Under the pieces are notes generated by a model. The model had not been told where the DNA came from. It searched no databases and was given only the letters and a program-made list of their open reading frames with translations. The position numbers and the translations under genes are program-made. Positions 39,019 through 51,139 of a stretch of 64,000 bases of DNA are shown piece by piece. The stretch is from Convolutriloba macropyga (Eukaryota). The stretch covers positions 21,204,001-21,268,000 of the forward strand of contig NC_134478.1 in the NCBI RefSeq assembly GCF_964194025.1. The letters are read 5' to 3'. Position 1 is the first letter of the stretch, and every line of letters begins with the position of its first letter.

Positions 39019-41240
39019 CTGAAAAGATTAAATAGGGCACAGAAGAGTTTGTCGGAATAAAGATTATAGGAAAAAAATATTGTTATCATTTAGGTTGTGG
39101 CAAGTTCTGAGCAACACGTTAATAGCTAGCAATGGCGCGACTTAACAAAACCACCCAGATGGACAAATGTCAATAAAAAAACAAAGATAAATAGCAAATT
39201 GATCCTATTATGTTTCATTTGAATCTTTTGCTTCAATCTATTGCATTAAAAAGCTATTTTTGCGCTAACTAAGTTGTTTGAAGAAATCAGTTTCCCACAG
39301 TCAAACAAAGCAGTCATTGTCTATCTGCTTTCATAACAAAGAAAGACTAACAAAAGCTGATCAATTTTTCTGGACCAAGAAATTGGCTTCTATTTATAAG
39401 AAAGTTCAAAAATTTTAATTCTACGACTTTGGACGCCAAAATCTGATTCAAAGAAGAGAAATTTTCTAATAAATCAGATAATGAGATTTTGGAAGAATTT
39501 TTAAAACAATTTTTCAAAAAAAATAATTAATTTTCCGACCCCTCTCTGAGGGGTGAGGAACTATATACTCAATTGAGTTTTTTTGTTCAGACAATTTTGG
39601 CCGACCGGTATAAACAGCGTAGAGATTTGTTATTAATATCATTCAAAAGCCCATCCCGCGTAGAATATGGAATTCAAAAGATTTTTTGAATTTCGTTTTA
39701 TAGAGCAATTTATCAAGGTTTATAAATTTTGTGCATATTGAGATTATTTTTACTCATGTTTTCCGGAATATTGATCGAAAATTTAGTTAATGTTGTTAGA
39801 ATATGTCTTGTTAGAGGTTAGTCAATTTTCCTGTTTTGGATATCAGTTTCGGATCACACAAGGGTGCTAACTTTTTTGTTGTTCAGTATAGATTTTTCAT
39901 GATCGACGTAGCATAGTATTCTATTTTGACAATAACTATGTTAAGTTAATAAATTGTAAAATCTAAAGTGAAATTCCTATCTTATGAAACCCAACAATGA
40001 AGGCGTTATTGACATGCCAGACCTTGTAAAATGAGCCGGGTACATATAATAAACTTCTGTCNNNNNNNNNNNNNNNNNNNNNNNNNNNNNNNNNNNNNNN
40101 NNNNNNNNNNNNNNNNNNNNNNNNNNNNNNNNNNNNNNNNNNNNNNNNNNNNNNNNNNNNNNNNNNNNNNNNNNNNNNNNNNNNNNNNNNNNNNNNNNNN
40201 NNNNNNNNNNNNNNNNNNNNNNNNNNNNNNNNNNNNNNNNNNNNNNNNNNNNNNNNNNNNNNNNNNNNNNNNNNNNNNNNNNNNNNNNNNACTATCAGAA
40301 ACGCAGCATTTGTTTTTGATTCCTTTACTAACAAATTTTCTATATCTATTACAGGTAAAAGAATTAAATGTTTTTAGTGGACAAACAGCAAAAGCAAGGC
40401 TAGTTTTGATCCAATCTCGGACTAGTACAATCCAAAAAAAAGGATTGTAATCAGTCTTTCTTTTTTAAAAAAAATCGATGTTTTTTTTTGTTAGCTAAAG
40501 ACCAGAACAGTTCAAATCAAAGTTCACTAGTGCTGGGTCCAATTGACTTCCTAAGCAGTTCCAAATTAATGCATCTAGTTTTTGACTCGAAAGCTTGTGG
40601 TCGTTTTGACTTTTAAAATTATTTGTTTTCTAAGTAAACCAGGGCATTTTTGGACTTTTCAGTAATTTTCTCTTAATTTGGTCAGCCTGTAGCTTAGTGT
40701 CAGCAGAGAAAGAATTCTTCCTCTTTCAACTGTATTCAAATGTAATCTTTGTGCGGTATTACGCGTTAATTTACGATTTTCTGGCCTTGATTATATGAGA
40801 TTTCACACAATTTTTTGAATTTTAGGCATTTGCCCATTTTTCACGCCATTTTCTCGCTTTTTCACAGTGTGACTTTATTGACAGTTCACATAACACATTA
40901 CTGACTTTCAACATGAAGCCAAATTGAACAAGTTAGAATCTCTAAAGGTACAGATTAAGGTTTTAACGGTTTCGACACCAATTTCTCGAGAAAAAAATTG
41001 AGTTTTTTTAAACTTTGGTCCTTATCTGTGGTTTTCACTTTGTCTTTTTGTTGATTTAAATCTTCTGCAGCATCAAAGATCTCACTGAATTTTTACTGAG
41101 GATAAGTTGAGCCTATATTCTGATTTGAGTATATTGCTGATAGCTTTCTATAATTGTTTTTGAAAAACTCAAAATTATATTTAATTTTAACCCTTTTTCG
41201 CTTTTTGTCAACTATTTGCCTGGCCTCATTAATGAGAATT
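39019..41240 (+). repeat. Near-identical duplicate of 41418-43775, flanked and split by N gaps; includes a HINE 5' end at 39531
   Basis: 39019-39805 matches 41418-42207 and 40291-41150 matches 42459-43323, with scattered substitutions; N gaps at 38800-39018, 40062-40290 and 41241-41417. Confidence 0.9.
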
Positions 41241-41930
41241 NNNNNNNNNNNNNNNNNNNNNNNNNNNNNNNNNNNNNNNNNNNNNNNNNNNNNNNNNNNN
41301 NNNNNNNNNNNNNNNNNNNNNNNNNNNNNNNNNNNNNNNNNNNNNNNNNNNNNNNNNNNNNNNNNNNNNNNNNNNNNNNNNNNNNNNNNNNNNNNNNNNN
41401 NNNNNNNNNNNNNNNNNCTGACAAGATTAAATAGGGCACAGAAGAGTTTGTCGGAATAAAGATTATAGGAAAAAAATATTGTTATCATTTAGGTTGTGGC
41501 AAGTTCTGAGCAACACGTTAATAGCTAGCAATGGCACGACTTAACAAAACCACCAAGATGGACAAATGTCAATAAAAAAAACAAAGATAAATAGCAAATT
41601 GATTCTATTATGTTTCATTTGAATCTTTTGCTTCAATCTATTGCATTAAAAAGCTATTTTTGCGCTAACTAAGTTGTTTGAAGAAATCAGTTTCCCACAG
41701 TTAAACAAAGCAGTCATTGTCTATCTGCTTTCATAACAAAGAAAGACTAACAAAAGCTGATCAATTTTTCTGGACCAAGAAGTTGGCTTCTCTTTATAAG
41801 AAAATTCCAAAATTTTAACTCTACGACTTTGGATGCCAAAATCTGATTCAAAGAAGAGAAATTTTCCAATAAATCAGATAATGAGATTTTGGAAGAATTT
41901 TTAAAACAATTTTTCAAAAAAATTAATTAA

Positions 41931-44404
41931 TTTTCCGACCCCTCTCTGAGGGTTTAGGAACTATATACTCAATTGAGTTTTTTTGTTCAGAACATTTTGG
42001 CCAATCGGTATAAACATCGTAGAGAGTTGTTTTTAGTCTCATTCAAAAGCCCATCCAGCGTAGAATATGGAATTAAAAAGATTTTTTTGAATTTCGTTTT
42101 ATAGAGCAATTTATCAAGGTTTATAAATTTTGTGAATATTGAGATTATTTTTACTCATTTTTTCCGGAATATTGATCAAAAATTTAGTTAATTTTGTTAG
42201 AATATGTTAAATTGATAAAAATTAGTTTGTTGATTTTCAAAAACAAAAAAGTTTTGTTGACTATTTTAATTCGTTTTTTAAGCTAAAATTAGCTGAAATA
42301 AGCTTCTTGGTCCTGTTTGATTAAATTTGCCGGAAATGCACATCCAAAGACTACTAAAACAATCATTGTAAACTCCAAGAGGGATAGTCCTTCTTCAAAT
42401 TCCCTTGAGCGTGCTCAGGAATTAGATTTTCTCCGTTTTTTGAAAACTTATCTCGATTACTATCAGAAACGCAGCATTTATTTTTGATTCCTTTACTAAC
42501 AACTTTTCTATATCTATAACATTTAAAAGAATTAAATGTTTTTAGTCGACAAACAGCAATAGCAAGGCTAGTTTTGATCCAATCTCGGACTAGTAAAATC
42601 CAAAAAAAATTAGGATTGTAATCAGTCTGTCTTTTTTAAAAAAAAAATCGATGTTTTTTTTGTTAGTTAAAGACCAAAACAGTTCAAATCAAAGTTCACT
42701 AGTGCTGGGTGCAATTGGCTTCCTGAGCAGTTCCAAATTAATTCATCTAGTTTTTGACTCGAAAGCTTGTGGTCGTTTTGACTTTTAAAATTATTTGTTT
42801 TCTAAGTAAACCAGGGCTTTTTTGGACTTTCCACTAATTTTCTCTTAATTTGGTCAGCCTGTAGCTTAATGTCAGCAGAGAAAGAATTCTTCCTCTTTCT
42901 ACTGTATTCAAATGTAATCTTTTTGCGGTATTACGCGTTAATTTACAATTTTCTTGCCTTGATACTATGAGATTTCACACAATTTTTTGGCTTTTAGGCA
43001 TTTGCCCATTTTTCACGCCATTCTCTCGCTTTTTTTTACAGTGTGACTTTATTGACAGTTCACATAACACATTACTGACTTTCAACATGAACCCAAATTG
43101 AACAACTTGAAATCTTTAAAGGTACAGATTATAGTTTTAACGGTTTCGACATCAATTTCTCGAAAAAAAAAATTGAGTTTTTTTTAACTTTGGTCCTTAA
43201 CTGTGGTTTTCACTTTGTCTTTTTGATGATTTAAATTTTCTGCAGCATCAAAGATCGCACTGAATTTTTACTGAGGATTAGTTGAGCCTATATTCTGATT
43301 TGAGTAGATTGCTGATAGCTTTCGAGATCTGTTTAAAGAACAATTGTTTAAAAAAACACTTTCCAACATCAATTTTTTGTTTTTTTTGTGCGTCTTTGTT
43401 ACCTAGTCTCGTTAATTAAATGTCGCATATAACATTATTGGCGACCACAGAAGACACGAGTTCACAAAAAGTAAAGTTTTTTAAGAATTGGCTATGAGAG
43501 TACTGGCTTCGAAGCGGATTTTCCGTTAAAAAAGTAAATTAATTTGTGATTTTTGTCTGTTTGACTTTTCTTTCGTCAACGTAAGATATATTCTGAATAA
43601 TAACGGATCTCAAGGGGCTATTTCAGACAAATAAACGGACCTACTTAATTGTTTTATTTTGTAGCTAATGGCTTTCCGGACTTTGAAAATAATTGTTTTC
43701 GAAAAACTCAAAATTATTTCTTAATTTTAACCCTTTTTCGCTTTTTGTCAACTATTTGCCCGGCCTCATTAATGAAAGTTCACAAACCACATTATTGGAA
43801 TTTGACGAAAGCGCAACTGAACTTATTTTGAGGGGCAAAAAACGGCTTTACGGCTTCGACAGAGTCTTCTCACAATTTTTATTTGAAATTTTGTTTGTTG
43901 TCTCTGATTGTTGTCTTTTTTGTAACCGCAAGACAAATTGAATAACGACAGGTCCTAATGCCCTCATATATAGAAATCAGTGATAATTTCAGTTGATGTT
44001 TCTTTTTTTTGTCTAATTGTAACGGAGCCGTGTTATGGACTGGTCTATTCTAGTAAAATACAATATATTTTGCCCAGTTTCAGTTTTATCTGACGCTTTC
44101 GTGACATTGTTATTAATTTTTTTCAACACGGACAAATTAAATTTTAGGATGTAATTAATGTTTGTTGTTGTTTTTGATTTTATTGTTCGTCATGCCTCGC
44201 TTTCTTAATAATGGCAGACCTCATCAAGTTTATGCCGCATTTCTTATTCCACTGAAGTATTTGCGTTGGAGGCGATTTTTTTTGTTCATGCACAAATTTT
44301 TTTAATAAATACTTTGGCGAAATTTTGGGGTTTTCTATATGTTCTCATGTGGATGAGCGGGGTTGGAACTTTATGTGCGAACGCACATTGCCGAGCCTCC
44401 TTGT
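41931..44404 (+). mobile_element. Full-length HINE in an LRRC34 intron
   Basis: 5' TTTTCCGACCCCTCTCTGAGGG plus core; 3' GGGGTTGGAAC, ATGTGCG-AA-CGCACAT, CCGAGCCTCCTTGT; internal diverged ~355-bp repeats; interior similar to the inverted 59249-61783 copy. Confidence 0.8.
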
Positions 44405-44613
44405 CATATTGGAGTTGAAAGTGATTTTTCAGAGTAAAAGTTCTGTTGTGGATTTTATTGTAATAAGTAAAAAGATCTTACATTCAGATCGCTCTGGAAC
44501 TTGACCTGGGAACATGACAAATCCTGGAATTTATTATTTTATCAACTTTTGTCTCCTTTTTGCTTTCCCAACGTTTTGTTGATGTTGAATTTAGTAAATT
44601 TAGTAAATTTCAG

Positions 44614-44742
44614 GACAACACGACACTGAAGCTACTCAAGATGAATGGGAATAAAATTGGTAATGAAGGTGGGATGTCATTTGCAGGAATGCTCCAAATC
44701 AACGCAGGACTCGAGATACTCGACCTCAACGACTGCGACCTC
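44614..44742 (+). CDS. LRRC34: LRRC34 exon (DNTTLKLLKMNGNKIGNEGGMSFAGMLQINAGLEILDLNDCDL)
   Basis: tttcag| and |gtaagt, 129 nt, phase 0-0; close to the LRRC34 segment GNKI...GGM.FA.MLQIN..LE.LDL.DCDL. Confidence 0.92.
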
Positions 44743-45204
44743 GTAAGTTCAAAAATAAAAGACTAGTCAAGCTTGATCTTTGCCTATTTCCTTGACAACA
44801 TATTTTCTGATTTGTAACATACGAAATAATGTTTCCGTTTTAGTTGTGCCTCATAATTATGTGTTTTAAATTTGGATCGTTTTCACGATGACAATATCTC
44901 GGAAAAAACATGTATCTGCAACTGAATGATAGGAAAGCAGATAGTGGAGCTGCATTAGGCTTTTAGTCTGCAGCGCATTAACGGTAGCCTATTCTCAGCT
45001 GCCCTTTTCTTTTACTTTATATTATCTATTATTTTTTATGACTTAATATGATTTACAGCTTCATTTGGTCTATCATGCAGGCTATGTCTATGCTGATTAA
45101 TAATAGCAAAAATTACCCTTAATTAGCAGCGGGAGATTCTTAAGACACGTTTGGAAGGCATTTGTTCCTACTCAGCCGTAGAAGCTGGTTGTTTTCCTGC
45201 AAAG

Positions 45205-45455
45205 GGCATGGAAAGTGTGCTGGCACTAGCGACAGTCCTGCGCCAGAACAAATTCATCTCCAGTCTGGATGTGGGAAGACCTCTTCTCTTCAGTGTACAA
45301 GATGAGACTACTGTTCACATGGGTCTGATGCTGCGTGTGAACACAGTGTTGAGAGAACTGCACCTGACCAAGTGTAATATGGGTGACTTCGGGGCGGAGA
45401 GACTGGCGGATGGATTGTACGATAACAGCACTCTCAAATATATTGACCTGTCCAG
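45205..45455 (+). CDS. LRRC34: LRRC34 exon (GMESVLALATVLRQN...RPLLFSVQDETTVH...LKYIDLS)
   Basis: cctgcaaag| and AG|gtttac (phase 2); characteristic RP.L...Q.E.TVH motif. Confidence 0.92.
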
Positions 45456-45611
45456 GTTTACAAGAAATAACTTTCGAATAATGTTTCAAAAAAACAAACG
45501 GTTGATTTCCTTTTCTTTAGCTAAAACACAAAGATATCAATGATGATAACTCCGGAAATCCGTCTCTTTTGTCATTCACGGTGGAGGGGTTTTTCTATTT
45601 TTGAAACAAAA

Positions 45612-45740
45612 CCCAGGTTGAGGTCCAAGACGGAAGCAAGTATGTCCAGACCGGAGATGAACGCACGAAAGTCTGGACAGGCACTTTCCTTATGGGATGC
45701 TCAGGATCATAATTGTTTCTGTCTGGCACCTCTACCTGGG
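45612..45740. mobile_element. 129-bp CACTA/EnSpm-like mini-element
   Basis: TIRs CCCAGGTTGAGGTCCAAGAC / GTCTGGCACCTCTACCTGGG; AA on both flanks. Confidence 0.75.
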
Positions 45741-47977
45741 AAAATTTCTTTACTAGGAGTGCTATGAAAATCAATATCTCCAAGCTTTAACAATGCATAT
45801 AATTTTTAGCCTTGAAAGAATTTTGACTACTCAACCACAAACCCAGTGTTATTGCAACAACTATTTTGCAGATTTGTTTGCAGAAATTATTATTTATATG
45901 CTTTAACGAGGTCATGTAAAGAACAAAAATGTGCAATCAGTCTGTCCCTTGATACTTCTCAACAAAATCCGATCAAGGTCTTTCAATATAAAACTACCGT
46001 CAACATTAAAAAAAGAACAGAAGCTTTACTAAAGCTTTGACTAAAGATAGCCAGTGGACAAGCCAGAGTAAGCCAATCGATAATGTTGAGATGACCTGGC
46101 ATAGGCCTAGCAAAAATTTTTTGGTCGGCATTTTGGATTGAACAAACAACTTTTCAAGGATAGACAGTGGTCTCTTACAATGTCCAGTTGTGTTTGCATC
46201 AGAGATCAAAGATAGGTTTTTTTCATGTTGAGCCAAATAAACTGCGGTGGCAGTCTCTTTCAAGCAATATTAACTCCATCATCTGTTGGGAAGTTGCCTT
46301 TAATGTTCTATGCAAGGTAATTCCCGTCCATTTCAGTCTATAGAGTTTCCAGATTTTTCTTTTTCATTTTGGGTTGGACATTCTCAGTGAAGTTACGAGT
46401 GTTGCGAATACACAGTTAAAGAACAGATTTGCCGAGCAAATTTTCACAAAATCGTTTTCACAAAATGCTTACAACATCGTTGCAAGTGGCTCGTTAAGGT
46501 CGTTAAATTGTTTCATTTTGAGATTGACATCTATCAGAAGCAAAAGTGAAGCCATTTTCTTTTAATTCACTCTGCTGAAAAATTTCATTGTTCAGCTAAA
46601 ACTGACAAAACTACAAATAACAAATCATATGAAGTTTTTAAAATGTTAATCTTAAAAAATATATGCAAAAATTTTGAACTGCATATAGTTTGCATTACGA
46701 GCGTCTACCAGTACCAAACCTCTGAGTAAACTTACTCAATTTTGTAACCAGGTTTCACCTTTCTCATCTTAATACAATGTAGATATGACACTTACGTACA
46801 AACTTTGCGAATGAAAACGCGGTGACCTATATGTCAGGACTGGAAGTGAAATCTACGTCGCATCGCAAAATACCTTTTGCGGAAGTGATTTTTGCCGACG
46901 TGAAGCAAAACAAACTTTTAAAAGGAGTCGATTTCTGATTTCGCCTTTATGTGAATTAGCTGGAAAGTTTTCTAGAGTTCACATAGCAGCACTAAACAAT
47001 GCATCATTAATTCGGAATGGAATTTATTGACTTTTCTCCAATTAATGAAGGGGACTTTGTTATTTTCTTGAATTTTGTTGAATTTTGTTATTTCTTTTAT
47101 GTTTCGAGAAACTGATCAATCAGCCCCTAAATTGAAAATGTTTGAAATAATTTTATGAATTCTGAGTTTAAAAGTCCCGTTGTAAGTGTAGAAAACACTT
47201 ATACTATTGGTACTTAAATATGTGTACTAAATTGTGAAATCTAGTATTTCATGGTCTCTTTTCAAAAAAAATCTTTCAATAAAAGTTTGGTGGGCTCATC
47301 TTAATTGTCCTGATTCCCTTCACCTCAAAATGAATTAAAAAGTGAAATGCCTTTTCCGCCTAACATAACTACTAACAACATTTCTTTTGAAATATTTAAT
47401 TTCCCTGTGGAAACTATTTACACGAAATTTAATTTCTCTCCATATGGGCGTCAAAGAACGTTTGTAAGTGCAGGCCACATTCTTTTTTACTGTTTTACTG
47501 TTTTTCGGTAACGGTAGACGCTCGTTAAGTGAAATTGAGTTTAAATTTTTTTAGCCCTACTATTACAAACTTTATTAAGTTATCAAGAGAAGAGGATAGT
47601 AATACATTCAATAATTCTCGGTTGTGATTACATAAGATTTCTGCGTCAACTGAGAAGAATAGCCGAAATTCTTGCCCAAAGATAAAAGCTACAATCACAA
47701 AAATATCTTTTCTGCTTTTATATTCCGTCAAAGAGACCCTAGAAAAAAATTCTCGACTTGAGAAGATTCGGTGATTTCACTATAGCTCGACGATCCTCTT
47801 GGCTCTTTCACCGGCCGAGCTAGATTCTAGCGTCTGATTTGAGATTGGCAAAAATTTTGCGGTGAATCAAAAATCCACGTGTCTGGCCATGGTTATTTTT
47901 TGACAGAAAACTGAGACCTAAACCTGCGATGCGGAGACTACATAAAACTAACTGTGTCACGATTCGTGTTATTATAG

Positions 47978-48130
47978 CAACCGAATAACTCGAGATGGCA
48001 CGCGATTCCTAGGCAGGTTATTGGAGAAGAACCAGACTCTGGAGGTGTTGGATCTTGGTCAGAACAGACTGGAATGCGATGGAGCTATTCTTTTGGCCAA
48101 ATCACTTCGCAAGAACTTTTCACTCAGATC
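47978..48130 (+). CDS. LRRC34: LRRC34 exon (NRITRDGTRFLGRLLEKNQTLEVLDLGQNRLECDGAILLAKSLRKNFSLR)
   Basis: attatag| and TC|gttagt, phase 2-2; LRR pattern. Confidence 0.9.
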
Positions 48131-48830
48131 GTTAGTCTTTACCTACCTTTACAAAAGATGCCCCATTTATTTGCATCAACCGTTTACTTGTAGGCTCTTT
48201 AATTGAGTCATATACAAAATCGAGAATTGATTGTGTATTAATGCTAACGACCGATGCCGAAGTCACAATTGACAGCTAGATATTTGCAGTCAAAAATGAG
48301 TAAAAATGAGGTTTTCGTGATCCATTTCATGACTCAAGACTTGAAAAAAAAACGGACGAAAGCACGAAAATCTTATGAAAAAAAATTCTCTGCTTAGATA
48401 GTCTGATCGTTTGGTTGTTTTGGCGTACGGAATGTTGAAGTATTTGTGAGTGCGAGTCGATCCAGGGTTTGCTGAAAGTATTCTTCCAGGCTCGTATAAA
48501 TAAGTTTCGATCTGTTATTTTTTTTTCAAATTTTTGTGCGCCTTCTAGTTTGGAGACCAGTGACATGTGACCTAAAAACGTTGTCTATACATGCTCAGCC
48601 CTCCTAAACTTTTGTCACAGTATGAATTAATGAGCCTTTTGAAATACAAGTCTAATCTACGAAATAAAAGATTCCATTTTTTGAAATTTTTTATCGATTA
48701 CTAATGTACGTCTTTGTCTTCCACACAACGTATTTGATGTTAAATTTATGAGCAATTCAGAACTTCCCGTGCATAAAATATGATTAAAGTCAAATCAGTG
48801 GCTCAGAAACATGGTCACGGATGTGTTTAG

Positions 48831-48960
48831 ACTGTCCATAGTGCGGAACGAGATTAGAGGTCGAGGTCTGTGTGAAATAGCAGAGTGTCTAGAGGTCAAC
48901 AGGACACTAGAGAAGCTGTACATCTGGGGCAACGACTTATCAGAACAGAAAGCTTGCAAG
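48831..48960 (+). CDS. LRRC34: LRRC34 exon (LSIVRNEIRGRGLCEIAECLEVNRTLEKLYIWGNDLSEQKACK)
   Basis: gtttag| and AAG|gtatag, phase 2-0; diagnostic YIWGN motif. Confidence 0.92.
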
Positions 48961-49872
48961 GTATAGTATGCTACACTAAATTAGGTAACGATTGGTTCAG
49001 AAAGTTCATGACTTTCAATCTAATTCCAAAAGAAATGAGTTAGAAACCTCTCCATCTTTCGTAGCAACATTAAATTTTTTGGTAAGTTATGTTGTATGCT
49101 ACAACTCAGGTTGAAGCTCCAGACCCAATTGACCTCTGATCAGTCCTTTTTGTAATTATTGCTTTTCTGATCAGACCATTTTCGAAACACTGGCTGTCTG
49201 ATCGGACCATTTTCCAGACATTGTTCTCCGATCAAACCAATATAGGGCCCTCTCCCGTCAGATTATTGTGCGGACTATGGCACTTGTGTGACCATGTATT
49301 TTAGGTTGCACAATGATCCCCGTGTGCGACAGGAGATGATCTGATCAGAATTCGCTTGGGNNNNNNNNNNNNNNNNNNNNNNNNNNNNNNNNNNNNNNNN
49401 NNNNNNNNNNNNNNNNNNNNNNNNNNNNNNNNNNNNNNNNNNNNNNNNNNNNNNNNNNNNNNNNNNNNNNNNNNNNNNNNNNNNNNNNNNNNNNNNNNNN
49501 NTTATGATCAAATGGGAAAACCTGAAGTTTTGTTGAGATAGACAGAAGAATAACATTACCAGAAAAGCTGGTGAATCTTATTGTTCTGTCTATCTTAACA
49601 AAACTTCAATTTTTCAAAAAGCTGATTGCACGTTTATCTAAAGTTGTGTTTCAGCGAAAAAAAATTGAGGATTCTGTGACGGATTGATTTTATCGGAAAC
49701 ATTGACCGTGACACTGTAAAAGCCATGTAGCACATCTGAAATTTGTTTGCCCCATGTTTATTTCAACAGCTTTTCAATACAGCTCCATGGGATTCATAAC
49801 AGATTCAATCAATGCTTTTAGTATAGATTAATATAAACGTATGAACCAATTTCAAACCATTTCTATTTACAG

Positions 49873-50091
49873 GCCTTAAAGTCACTGATTGACCGCCTTC
49901 GCCTAGACAAAGACAACATAGACATAATGTACTACGAAGCAGATGGCAAAGTCTTTTTAAGTGAGCAATCTCACGGAGTAAGGACATACTACAATTACTC
50001 CCCACTTCATGGACCAGAATCCAGAATCAACCAGCTGTCTCTCCTCAACAATGACTATTCCAGTCCAGTTTCTATCGCTGCTGCATTTTGA
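49873..50091 (+). CDS. LRRC34: LRRC34 terminal exon (ALKSLIDRLRLDKDNIDIMYYEADGKVFLSEQSHGVRTYY...AAAF*)
   Basis: tatttacag|, 219 nt ending in TGA; matches the LRRC34 C-terminal N.D....DG.V.L.E.S.G...YY pattern. Confidence 0.88.
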   Translation, partial: ALKSLIDRLRLDKDNIDIMYYEADGKVFLSEQSHGVRTYYNYSPLHGPESRINQLSLLNNDYSSPVSIAAAF

Positions 50092-50460
50092 TTATTATGA
50101 ACGTGTTGATTACAAAAACTTAAATATTAATATCAGTTCACATATATGAATTTATGAATTTCAGTCACCAAACTTTGATGATTGGACTTTGACTGATGGA
50201 AAAATTGCGAGGTTTTTATAAGGACCTGCTTTCGACACAAAATTGAGAGCATAAATGAATCCTCGTGATTCTGGAAACTCCATCAAAAAATAACTGTTAG
50301 AAGGCTGAGAGAAGTTTGATGTAAACTTTGCAAAAAAATTGCTCGAAATAGCTTGACATAAAGCTCTAACTACTCAACGTATACTTGGCTAATGAAGCGT
50401 CGAAGAACATTGGAAAACAAGGGAATGGGTTATAAGAGATGCCTACGTTTGAGATCTCAA

Positions 50461-50816
50461 GACCAGTTGGTCCAGCGGTAAGCACACTATGCTTGCAAGT
50501 AAGAAATAATGGTTCGAATCGATTACTGGTACATTTTCACTGTAGACACTGCTACAATAACTAGCAAACTTCTTTAGAAAACTATGATATTCGACATCTG
50601 CAACTTACACCAACTATAATAATCGGCACTGAGTACATAAATCGTTAAGACCACTTACCGTACCCGTTTCTAACATTCAGTCGGCATCAGTGCTAGTTAA
50701 GATTTTTTGTGTGGCATCACTACCGATTCAGAAGTGTTCCGGGATGGTTTTTTAACGAATTCGAAACCTCCCTCAATCACAGAATGTCAGAGTCAAATAC
50801 AACATAAACAAAAAAA
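50461..50816 (+). mobile_element. tRNA-derived SINE (second family)
   Basis: A-box TGGTCCAGCGG (50468-50478), B-box GGTTCGAATC (50511-50520), ACCAGT/ACTGGT acceptor-like stem, A-rich end near 50800-50816 (3' end approximate). Confidence 0.6.
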
Positions 50817-51139
50817 CCTCTGCAGCAGTACTGAAATACTCTAAAAGTTATGTAAGGGCAAGAAAGTGAAGTATTTAGTTGAGGTCTGTGATTTACGAGG
50901 GTCAATCTCATCTGCTCCAACAGCCGTCCAAATTGCAGAGGGACTATTTCATACGTCGGATGTCGATAACTCCGTTGAACTCCAAATAAGGTTTATTTTT
51001 TCTCAGCCAAGAAATTGAAAAACTGGCCTACAAACAATCTATGAAAAATGATACAATATTGGGAGGCGCACTGAAACACAGAGAGATTAAAAAACGAAGA
51101 TGCATAGCATAAAGAAATACGAAACAATTCATTTTCCAA

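Noticed and set aside
38736-41488. ORFs spanning X runs (also 49275-49556)
   Set aside because: Artefacts of N gaps.
50461-50535. Functional tRNA gene (also 21770-21840 and 7225-7300)
   Set aside because: A/B boxes are present but no clean cloverleaf or anticodon arm; better explained as SINE heads.
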